NCBI RefSeq assembly: GCF_009914755.1
Contig: NC_060933.1
DNA: 64,000 nucleotides
Source: the human T2T-CHM13v2.0 reference genome, Homo sapiens
Direction: 5' to 3' (one strand)
Within the stretch, counting starts at the first letter, position 1. The number at the start of each line of letters is the position of its first letter. Positions 31,238 to 44,168 of the stretch are shown piece after piece. The position numbers were made by a program, and so were the translations under genes. Under the pieces are notes generated by a model. That model was not told the origin of the DNA. It did no database searches and saw only the letters and a list, made by a program, of their open reading frames with translations.

Positions 31238-32134
31238 CCTCTCTGAGCCTCAGCTTCTTCGACTGCAAATTGGCACTTCATGTCTGGCACACAGGCCTGC
31301 TCTAAAAGTTACATAGAGAATAAATGTAAAGCACAGTCCTTGGCAAAGACGTCAAATCTATTTTGGACACTATCTCTGCTCTCATCCTCTCCTAAACTTT
31401 CATTCTTAGGTTGGCAGGTGACTACAGCCCTGCCAGAAAGGTCATCTCAGAAACCAGTCCCTCCTGCCACAGAAATATCAAAATGGCCCTGCCAGCCCAC
31501 AGTGATCCTTCCTGCCTCTGAATTTCTAGGCTGTGCTTACCCCTTCCTGAAGCCTGCCCCTGATCTGCCTGTTAGTATTATTTAATAATCTGCGACACAG
31601 CATTATGCATCATCTGTTTTCTCCAAGTTCTAAGAAGACTTTTACATATACTGGTTAAGTTGAGTCCTACTCAAATCTTGGCATAAGGTGCACAATAAGC
31701 TTTGGAAGCAAAATGTGTGTGTTAATTGGGCTCAAAGGACCCATCCTGCTCCTTCCTTCCTCACCCCAGCCCTCAGAACAGGTGGTGATGGGCGGGGGTG
31801 GAACATGGGGTGGACTAAATCCATGGCCACTTCAAAAACAAAATGGAGAATATCTTCGCACTGCTGAAGTGGAAGGTCAAGGGTCGGGTCATTCCTTAGG
31901 ATGGTCGGTGCTTGGCTTTATTCTCGCCCTGTGCTTTCAGATGCCAAGCACTCCTATTCTTCCTGTGTGCCTCTCTCCTCTTTCAGAGCTGGACGTTCCC
32001 AAGGGACTACCCTGGTTCGCCCCCCTGAGCTTGTTTCCCCATGTGAGATGTGTGTGTGTCCATCTCTTTGCATGTGAGTTTAATGTCAGCATGGGCAAGA
32101 AGTTCAGTCTAATCTACACGGAACCCAAAAAATC

Positions 32135-32900
32135 ACATTGGGATGCTACCTCATCCCTATTAGGATGGCTAGAATGAACATTCAGATAATCACACATATT
32201 GGTGAGGACATGGGGAAATCAGAACACTCTTACACTGCTGGTGATAAGATAAAATGGTGCAGCCACTGCAGAAAAGAGTTTGGTGGCTCCTTAAAAAGCC
32301 AAACAGAGACCCAGCAACTCCACTCCTAGGTGTACACCTAAGAAAATGGAAAACAAGTGTTTGAAAAAACCTGTGCACAAATGTTCACGGCAGCATTATT
32401 CATAATAGTCAAAAGGCAGACATCATCCACACGTTCATCAACTGATAAAAGATAAACAAAATGTGGATAGCCATACAATGGAATATTATTTGGACATAAA
32501 AAGGAATGAAGTGTTGATTTATGCTATCACATGGATGAAACTGGAAAAAACATTATGCTAAGTGAAAGAAACCAGACACAAAGAGATTGCATACTATAAG
32601 ACTGCATTCATAGGAAACATCCAGAGCAGGGCAGAAAGTAGATTCATGATTGCCTAGGGTTGCACAGGTGAACAGGCACCGGTTGTGGCAGACGGGGCGG
32701 GGGGGGGTGTGGGGGGGGAGTGGGGGGGGAGTGAGTGCTAAAGGGTATGGAGTTACTTTTGAAGGTAACAAAATTGTCCTAAGATTGCCTATGGTGATGG
32801 TTCCACAACTCTGTGAATATAAAAACGATTGAATTATAATATACTTTACATGGGTGAATTGTATGGTATGTGAATGATATCCCAATAAAGCTGTTAAAAG
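32135..32900 (+). mobile_element. L1MB-type 3' fragment
   Basis: acccagcaactccactcctagg, ccatacaatggaatattatt, gggtgaattgtatggtatgtgaa...caataaagctg. Confidence 0.85.
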
Positions 32901-33117
32901 AACAGCAATGAAGAGAGTGGGGACACAATTCTTCAGCAAACACACAAACTCCTTTTTGATGACTTTTAAAATATCTACCTTACATGCAGAGTCCAGATGC
33001 TTCCCTAATTTAACTGCTAATTTAACTTCCCTGATTTAACTGCTCATCAGCAGATTACCCACCCCACTCACTGGCCGTCACCTCCTTTGTTTCCTATGAA
33101 GAAATAATACGAGCTAA

Positions 33118-33736
<619 letters not shown>

Positions 33737-35269
33737 TATGGGCTCCAGATTTTCTTCCCTCCACTCCCTGAGCTCTGAGCTCCCCACTGTCTCTGTCTGC
33801 GCTCTCTTTGGGCCAGGGTTCATCAACCGTGGTTTCTATTCCCATTGATCCCAGGTCGACACCTTCTCCAGCGTTTAAATGCCACCAGCTCAAAACGAAA
33901 TCTGTCCTCTCTCTGATGCCATCTGCTCCTCCCACTTCCTCATTCCAGCTGCAGGGCTCAGTCTCCTCACAGCTGCTCACCCCGCTGGGAACCTGGCGGT
34001 CCTGAGCGCCCTGCCCCTCCACCCACACCCTGACTCAGCACTCTGTCCTCCGGCTGCGGGAGTGCGCTGGCCGATGGCTCAGTTGAATCCTTCTTTGAGA
34101 GTTGCACTGTATGGAAGAGAAACGTGTGGCCCAAGATCATGTCTCCTGGTGGCCACCTGCATACAATGACGGGTCAATGTGAGGGCATGAGGCTCTGGCC
34201 TCCTTGCCCTAACCTGAGCCAACTCCAAAGGGCATCTCAGCTCCGCATAGCCTCAGCCGCATGACAATTTGACTTCCTCCACTGCGCAGTGCTGCTTCTT
34301 CACTCCCCCACAGGCGCTGACTTGGGACCACCCCCGTGTGCTCTTCGCGCACACAACGCTCCCTCTCACAGTCTGCTTCTCATGGAATCCATCCTGCAAC
34401 ACTGTCAATTGCCCTTGACTTTCCCTCTCTTCTCTGAATCATAGTCCAAAGCCTGCAAACATCTTACGAGTCTGTGACTCCCTTATCTGAAGTCCAGAGC
34501 CATGACTGAGTTTGGGTCAATCAAGACAAAAAATCTCATTCCAATTGCCCTGAGCACAAAGGCCTGTTAGAAAGGAAAGTTTAGCAGAAATAGATTTAGC
34601 TTTGGGTACAGCTTGACCCGGGGTTCAAATGATGTAATCAGAGTTGACTTCTTCCTCTTCCTTCATTTAATCTGTTTTCTGCTGTATTCGCTCCTTTCTC
34701 AGAAAAGGCCCCCACCCTCAATTCCCTTAAGGCTACAGATTTTTAGATTAAAGACCCATGGAAAAGCACATTCTATGTTTCAGACAAAGCTTCACAACAT
34801 GTAACACATTCTGATTGGTCCATGCTCTTATCCTCAAACCAATAACGTTGGCCAAGAGAATGTGATACTCTTATTGGACTGTCTGAGTCACATGAACAAC
34901 CCTGGACCCTGCGATGAAGGTAGCACTGTCTGAACCAAACAGACTGAGAGTGGGAAATGGGATGGTTCTTCTAGAAGGAAATTAGGTTATGGGGACCTGA
35001 ATAGTGAGTGGATGTTGGGAAACATGTTTATGAAGAATAACAGGTTGCTTCTTTGTTTCCATTTTGCAACCAATATAAAAAGTTTCTATGATCTTCCCAC
35101 TTCAACGTTCTCTTTCTGCACTTCTCATCCATCTGGTGGAGCTCTAAATCACAAGTACAATCACGTATCTGTTCAACAGTCTTCGAGAGGGTGTCACTGC
35201 TTTGCAAACAGATAACGGCCATTGTCTTCAGTTTAGCATTCAATGTCACCTTCTTCCAGTGCACCTTAC

Positions 35270-35846
<577 letters not shown>

Positions 35847-36050
35847 ACCTCTACTGTCTTAACCTCTGGGACTCAGCTCAAGCTCTTCCTTCCTTTTGAT
35901 AATGCCCTTCCCACAATTTCTATCTGCTGAAATCCTAGCTTTCAAGGCCAAATTCAAATGCCACGTCTTCCAGGACATCTTTTCTGATCTATCCATCCCT
36001 TTGAGCCTCATTGTACCTAATATACTCCTTCTTAAAAATAATGCATCGTA

Positions 36051-36133
36051 GGCTGGGCGTGGTGGCTCACTCCTGTAATCCCAACACTTTGGGAGGCCGA
36101 GGCAGGAGGATCACTTGAGCCCAGGAGTTCGAT
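36051..36133 (+). mobile_element. Alu left-arm fragment
   Basis: ggctgggcgtggtggctcac...cccaggagttcga. Confidence 0.85.
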
Positions 36134-36349
36134 ACTGAAACTTAAAGAAGTTTAAGGTTCTTTTTGTCAGGAACTGTCATATTCATCATTTTAGCCTGCA
36201 CAGAACTTAGCATGGTGCCTGGGGCTAGGCAGGGTGCTATGCTCTGAGCTAGCTTCAGCATGAGCAAGCAGTGGAAGAAACCAGTAGCTCTGGAAACCGT
36301 TCCCATCGCGATCCTTTAGCCTGCAAACTCAGGAATCCATGGCTGCCTT

Positions 36350-37230
<881 letters not shown>

Positions 37231-37264
37231 TATTTGGTTTGATGTGGAGATACCACGCTCCAGA

Positions 37265-37485
37265 TCAGGGATGGCAAACTCTTTCTTTAAAGGACTTGAT
37301 AGCAAATGTTTTAGGCTTTATAGGCCATGCGGTTTCTGTTGCAATCACTTAACTCTGCCATTATAGCTCAAAAGCAGGCCTAGACGAGACATAAATAAAT
37401 AGGCAGAGCTGTGTTGCGCAAACTTTATTTACCAAAACAAGTTGGGTCCAGATTTGGCCTGTGGGCTATAGTTTGTGGACCCTAC
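37265..37485. mobile_element. MER58-like hAT element
   Basis: cagggatggcaaact...gatagcaaatgttttaggc...ccagatttggcctgtgggctatagtttg. Confidence 0.75.
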
Positions 37486-39786
37486 TCTAAACACATCTAT
37501 CATGCTCTGATTTTGGACAATGAAAAGGAAATAGTGGAAAACATCAGTACATAAAACAAAGACGCTGCTTTTTAATGATCCATCTTTCTACTTTCACTTT
37601 AGAACACCGCCTTTCTCATTAAAATCACTTGGGTGGTGTAGTGAGAAATGCCTGCCCTTGCCTCAATTCTTCTGACTTCTTCTAACTCAAGTGTGGCCCT
37701 TTCCTCTGTTCTTCTGAGTTCACCTCCATAATTCTTTATTTCTCATCCTCGCTGCCCTGCCCCATGTCTTTCTCATCTTTTGTATTTCCTCCTGCATCTT
37801 CGCGCTCTTTCCTGCTCATTTCTAGTCTCTGCCAACATCTTATTTATTGGGTTCATCTAGTGAGAGAAGCTATAGCATGGCACATATTAAGCAGGAAACG
37901 GTGGCTTTGGTTATCGGTATTACTGCTACCCAAGATGGGGTCCAACCATCAGTGTTTTTATCATGGACAGATTTCTATTGGCATTGCTGCTGAGGGGGAG
38001 TGTCTTGGTGGAGTCAGGGAGAGAGGACAAGCCTTAGGGAGAGGGAGCGAGAGTAGAGAGGAGGGAATTCAGAAGGGGTCAAAGGTGACAGGTCAGGACT
38101 GCCTATGCATGTGGATGTGTTTGGGCAACCGTGTGCATGCATGAAGTATGTTTTACAGCCCAAAGTGGATACTTTACAGCCCAAAGTGGATTCTCAGCAG
38201 CAGAAGAATAATTCATATATTCAGGCTTCCTTCCGTACTTACACTTTGAAAATCCCACCTTAATTGTGTGTGCCTTATGATTACAGACCATTAGAGACCA
38301 TTGGTAAATGAACTATGCAATTTCAATTGTGAAATGCACACTCTCTTGTGAAATGCAAACCTGGTTTCACATATTAATTGCTTCTAATTAAGGAGGAACA
38401 TTTTGGCCAATTAGCTTTTGGAATTTAAGTGGAATCAGAAGGATAATTCAGAAATTTGCTAATTGCTTCCTCCACTGCAGCTGTTTGCCTTTAGAGCAAA
38501 CATATACCATCTGCATGATGCTGCACACACACAAGGATGGCTGAGAGGCTTGGAAACTCTTGCTAGAGTCGTTGTGTAGACAGCAGTCACCATAATATTG
38601 GAATTAGCAACATGAAACAAACAGGGAAAAAGATGAGGACACTAAGAGAGAAAAACATAGGACTGGACTCCAGAGATCCAGGTTCTCAAGCTGACCCAAG
38701 GGCTGGGGCTGTTGGCTAACACTGGACATGTCATATCACTTCTCCAGGCTTCCTGGATACAAGATGGCAAAGGTCTCTTACAGCTTATTCATGACGAGCT
38801 TCCATGATTCATGACGAGCTTCTATGATTCATGGTAACCTACCATGCCGCCATGTAAGTGGAAGCTGTGTGGGAAAAGCAAAAGCATCTATTGACAAAAG
38901 GGCCGAGTATGCCTGTCGACACGGCACGGTCACAATACAAGGATTGGGGCTGGCCACTGCTCTTGCAGTCCATGGATTTTTTTTGAAGGAGAAGGTCTTT
39001 GTTTCTTGGCACCCTTCCATTTTATCATTTTTCATACCTCTTCCCTAATTTCAATGGCCTTTTCCTAATTTTGGTGGTAGGTTGGTCTTTTCCCCAGTAT
39101 TGGCCTCACTTTCTGGATGTCTGACCCAGTCCTCACCGACGGATAGTTCTGCTCTCACTCTTAAACCGCAGCAGAGAGCCTGCTGGTGGTCTCCATTCCT
39201 GCCTTGTCTTGCTTCTCCTCTCCTCTTACTGCAAAATAGGCTCTCAACACAAGTCCACCGACCACTGCTGCTGATGGAGGTCTATAATTACCAAGAGGGT
39301 TCTTTGGCATCTTGACTTGGGCTTCATGCTGCACTCCTCATTATTACATAATAACTCACCAGTTAGAACTTGCTCATCAATCCCTCTCCCACTACAGGAT
39401 TTTTTTCCTTATAAGAGTATAACAGGTTATTATCTACCTTCCCCCTCTCCATAACAATACAAGCTGTTGTCCTTTCTGCATCTCGAGGTGGTGTTATTAT
39501 CACTGGTTCCTGCCTACTCTGTGGAAATTCCCTTTTGCGGGGGCAAAAGGAACAGGGCCCTTCTGGTGAGAGGTTGTAGAGAGAAATAATTTTGTCAAGA
39601 GAGTGTTTATCCTGAGAGATGGTGTGTTGACTTAGGTATTTCGTGTGCTTGCTTTCTTCTTTGAAAGCAAGCACACGAAATTTGCCTTGTTGGTAGCTTA
39701 CATCACATTCCTATATCTTCAGCCTCAAGCCCTGTGGATGGGAAGCAGAAAAATTAAGACAACACTCTCCAGGAAAGTGGGATGCA

Positions 39787-40334
39787 CTGTGGACCCTTGA
39801 ATAACATGGGAATTAGAGGTGCTGATCCCCTAGCAGTTGGAAATTCATGTATAACTTCTGACTCAAAGACCAACGCTACTCAAAGACGGGTAGCCTACTG
39901 CTGACCTGAAGCTTTACCCATAACACGGTGACTAACACACGCTTTGTATATTACATGTATTACATACTTATTCTTAAAGTAGAGTAAACTAGATAAAAGA
40001 AAATGTTATGAAGAAACTCATAAGGAGGTGATAAAACATATTTACTATTCATTAGGTGGAAGTGGAGCATCACAAAGGTCTTCATCCTCGTTGTCTCCAT
40101 GTTGAGTAGGTGGAGGAGGGGGAGGGGAAGGAGGGAGAAGGGGGGAGGAGGGAGAAGGGGGGAGGAGGGAGAAGAGGAGGAGGAGGAAAGTGAGAGAAGG
40201 AAGAAAAACAGGGAGGGGGAGGAGGGAAGGCAGAGGAGTTGGTCTTGCTGTCTCAGGATTGGCAGAGGGGGAAGAAAATGCATGTATAAGTAGACCCATG
40301 TACTGCAAACCCATGCTGTTCCAGGGTCACCTGT
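39787..40334 (-). mobile_element. Tigger2-family non-autonomous DNA transposon with internal GA-rich expansion (~40110-40230)
   Basis: TIRs ctgtggacccttgaataacatggg and cccatgctgttccagggtcacctg. Confidence 0.75.
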
Positions 40335-41989
40335 GAGACCTGCTTGCGTGATGGTGCTACCACTGTGGATGTGGCTGTGGCTGTCTCTGCAGGGTGGCAC
40401 TGCTTGCAGAGGGACGACTCATTCTCAGGGCAAACACTGTCTTGACAAAATTGGTTCTCTCTACAGCCTCTCACCTGAAGGGCCCTGTTCCTTTTGCCTC
40501 CCTGAAAAGGGACCTCCCTGAGAGCGGGCAGGAATCTATGATACACATGCCACCTCATGGTGTAGAAAGTGCACGCTTTCTGTATGTGCTTCCCATGTGC
40601 ACCAAGTTTGATTTGGGTCATCTCTATAGTTCATCCTTCCTGAGGCCCAGCGTGTTCCTGACACGCCAGAATATCCCTTCCAGATCCTTATGGTGGCAGT
40701 CGTTGGAATTTCCTGGCAGGGAACCCTTGCAGAAAATGGTACCTGACATGCCCTCCGTCACGACAGTGCAAAGGATGAAACAGATTCATGTTCAAGGCAT
40801 GTTCTCATTATGCGCAGCCTTCATTAAAAGTAATTAAAACTTGGCAAATACTCATCTCGGATGATTAATAGACCATCTCCACTTCTCCTTTTGGGAGGTC
40901 GGTTACCAGTTATCAAAAATGAAACACCTGCCTTTACATCAACGTGCTGCTGCCGAAACGTAGCAGGACGCAGCTTTCACAAAGCTGTTACATACATCTG
41001 TTGTGCCAAAAAAAAAATGGAGCTCTGTGTTGACCTAAGTCCTGAATAAATATGGTGGATTTGGGGACACAAATCTGATTAAAAACTTCTCCCTAGGCCA
41101 ACATGGTTAAAAACTAAGTTAGCTAGTTAGCTATGTGTCATTTATAAGGAATATAAAATTGGATGGTAGCAAATGGTCATTTTGGTGGTATTAAACGTGT
41201 CTTGGGGAAAGCATGTCCCAATCTGAATTCCAATTAATGCAATTACTATTTCCCGTACTCAGATTCAGGGAGAACATATTCTCTGTGGCTTAAATGAGCC
41301 AAATTAGCTGTTATGTGTAGTATTAAGGAGGACAGTGTATTACCTGAACATCTTATTCCTTGGTCAGAATTTACTGTGCTACCTCAAATGCCTCCCAAGA
41401 GGGGCTCAGTAAACATGAACTATTCCCATAGCAGCGCCCATTGTTTCTATGGGGAGCCCTTGTCATCTTCAAGATGGGAACCCTGAGGCAGAGCTGGTGA
41501 TTGAACTGGGGTTTGGAGTGGGGTCCTCAGGATGGGGCTGTCCAATTCTCACTCAGACGACTCCGGCCAGCCCCTGAGATCCAGACCTCGTCACCAGCAT
41601 CACTGCTGCCACCCTTCAGAAGTTTTCAAGGGATATTTATCTCTTTAATTTACAGATGAGGACACACAGGCTCTGGGGTTTTAAGAGACTTGCCCAAGCC
41701 AGTCAAGTGGGTGACAGGGAGCCCTCTCCGTGGAAGGGCCCGGCGTGGCTCCCCCTCCCCTCTAGGAAAGGGGCCCACACTCTCCTTCCAGGTCCTCCCT
41801 CACTGTGGGGTGAGCACTAAGAAGGGAGTTCCTCACTCTGGACTCCCAGACGTAACAGTCAAGCTCCTGGCCTGGGCTCACCCACAGAGGAGCATGTGTT
41901 TTGTGAAAGGACCACACAGTGGAGTCGGTATCTCTGTGCCATTTCCAGATCCGGCCCGCACTGGCCCAGGAGCCGAAGCCAAATGATAG

Positions 41990-42390
41990 AACCTGGCCAC
42001 ACTCAGCTGGAATTTCGGGATCGCCTCCGCTGGTGCATCACAACCACCAGGACAGATCGTTAAAGCAGATTCCTGGACCTCACTCCAAGATTCTGAGTTA
42101 GGTGGTGTTGGATTCGGTTTTTCTAGCAAGCTTCCAAGGCAGGCTGATTCGTGGACCACACTTGACTAGCACTGGCCTATGTTACCTTGTCTAGAGATGG
42201 ATTGGCAGGTGTCTTACGGCCAGATAGTAAATATCATAGTCTCTGCAGACCATAGTCTGTGTTGCAGCTACTGAACTCTGCCGTTGCAGCAGAAAAACAG
42301 CCATCAACAACATGTGCGGCAACAGGCACGACTCTCTCCTCATGAACCTGTGCAACAGGACATGGCCAGCCGGCTGTGGCTCACTGACCC
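41990..42390. mobile_element. MER5-like and MER58-like hAT fragments
   Basis: gcagattcctggacc...ggaccacacttgactagc; ggccagatagtaaatat...gcagaaaaacagccat. Confidence 0.6.
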
Positions 42391-42637
42391 CTCTGCAACT
42401 TGCCCATGTGCACAGCAGTGTGGGCCTTGAGTTCAGCCCCACCACTCCTTGCTTACACAGCTGTAACATGGACATGATATTCCTGGCCATATTTTTCTCC
42501 ATGCCTATGATGAAATCATTGCTTACCAGGAAACACTCAAAAACTGTTCTGTATCAGGTTCAATCAATTCCATATTATCTTTGACACTGTTTAGAAGTAT
42601 GACACCTTCACTGATGATAATCATCTTTGAATTTGGC

Positions 42638-42643
42638 TTTATT
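42638..42643 (-). terminator. Distal PTCH1 polyadenylation signal AATAAA
   Basis: Plus-strand tttatt; other AATAAA hexamers lie at 43074-43079 and 43501-43506. Confidence 0.7.
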
Positions 42644-42769
42644 TATGTTCCCTCATTATTAGGCATCACATAAGGGAAATAAGTATGCTAAGAGAGATGA
42701 CAGAAGGACTAATTTTGATGGTTAACTTAGGAAGTTTCTTGGTATGAGAAAACAAAAATAGGGTCAGGT

Positions 42770-42900
42770 GATAAGAAATTAATTAATGGGTACAATGTAC
42801 ACTATTTGGGTGATGATCACACTAAAAGCTCAGCCCCCACTTTGTAATACATCCATGTAACAGAGCTATGCTTATACCCACTATTTATACAAAACAAAAA
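42770..42900 (+). mobile_element. L1MA-type 3' end fragment inside the distal PTCH1 3' UTR
   Basis: aatgggtacaatgtacactatttgggtgatg...atccatgtaaca. Confidence 0.65.
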
Positions 42901-44129
42901 GGAGGAAAACCTAAAACTCTCTCCATCAGATAGAGCAAAAAAGAAGAGTGTCACAAGGTCAGCAAGATGAAACAACAGTTTCTGATGGCTCCAACACTAA
43001 CTGTCTCTCCCAAGTATTTTAAAGAAAAAAAGCATTCTACAAACAAAGATATAACCAACAAGTTATATTATTTTTTATTCATGTTAGAATTTCTATCAGT
43101 GTTTGAACATTAATTATTTAGAGAGTTTGTACATTTTCACCTTCCAAGGTTTGAAATGAGAAGCATGCTAGGTCGCCAATGGTAACTAATAAACACTTCA
43201 TAATCGCATGAATATCCACTCTGCTCTGACTCTCTTAACACTGTTAAACATTTTCTTTCCTTGCTGTAATTTACAATGAAAACTGTGCCCACTCATGTCT
43301 CAGCAAAGTTCCAGACATTATGGATTCATCACATATAAATTCTTTAAAAATATACTTCTGTCAAAAGACTTGATGACTACTATGTACACTACAAAAATAA
43401 ATCTTCATATAAATAAATTATATGGCATACTTTTATCTTTGTAATTGAAATGACACAAACTCATTTCCACCAAAATTGGCAATGAGACCCAGTTTGAATA
43501 TTTATTTCCTTTAAACTCCTTACCCTAAAACCTACCATGAGTCCTTAATGTAAATGTTATATACTCTGAACTATTTAACATTAGTAAGCACTCTATACAA
43601 ATAAAAATTCTGTCCAAAAGTAAAACATAGCTGTAATGTTTCCAATAGAAATAAAATCCCTGCATTTTTTTTTGTTATAAACTGGCATGACAAATACTGT
43701 AGAGGAAAACATTCTTATGATACAAAATTATAAATATCAGCAAAGTTTTTTTTTTTTTAAAAATTAAAACATCCAAATGAACAAACAGGACAGACAAAAT
43801 AAAACTATTAAAAGAGAGAGAGAAATTCTAATTCCCTGCCAGCCCCACCCCCCGCCCACCCCAGTTCTCCCTTTGCCAATGTGACTATTGGAGAAAGTTC
43901 TACACCATGCAGAAATCAGGGGCCGCGCAGCCTCCGGCGCAACACGAGCTGGGCTCAGGAAGGGAGCGAGGGCACGCCAGGAGCCAGAGGGAAGTCGACT
44001 TCAGAATTCTGCATCATCCCTCCTCCACGCAGGACGTTTTCTGAGCAGAGCTGGGTGTTAGGATGGCAGACCATGTGGGTGACAGGCACCAAGACAGCAG
44101 CAGGGGGGTGGCCAGGGTCCCCAGCAGAG

Positions 44130-44168
44130 ACACACACACACGCACGCACGCACACACACACACACACA
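44130..44168. repeat. (CA)n/(CACG)n microsatellite in the PTCH1 3' UTR
   Basis: Direct repeat. Confidence 0.9.

Noticed and set aside
38152-38833. Short direct repeats as a CRISPR-like array
   Set aside because: Only two adjacent copies each, no spacers, eukaryotic context
42153-42162. GACCACAC GLI-like site
   Set aside because: Matches the terminal sequence of the MER5-like element
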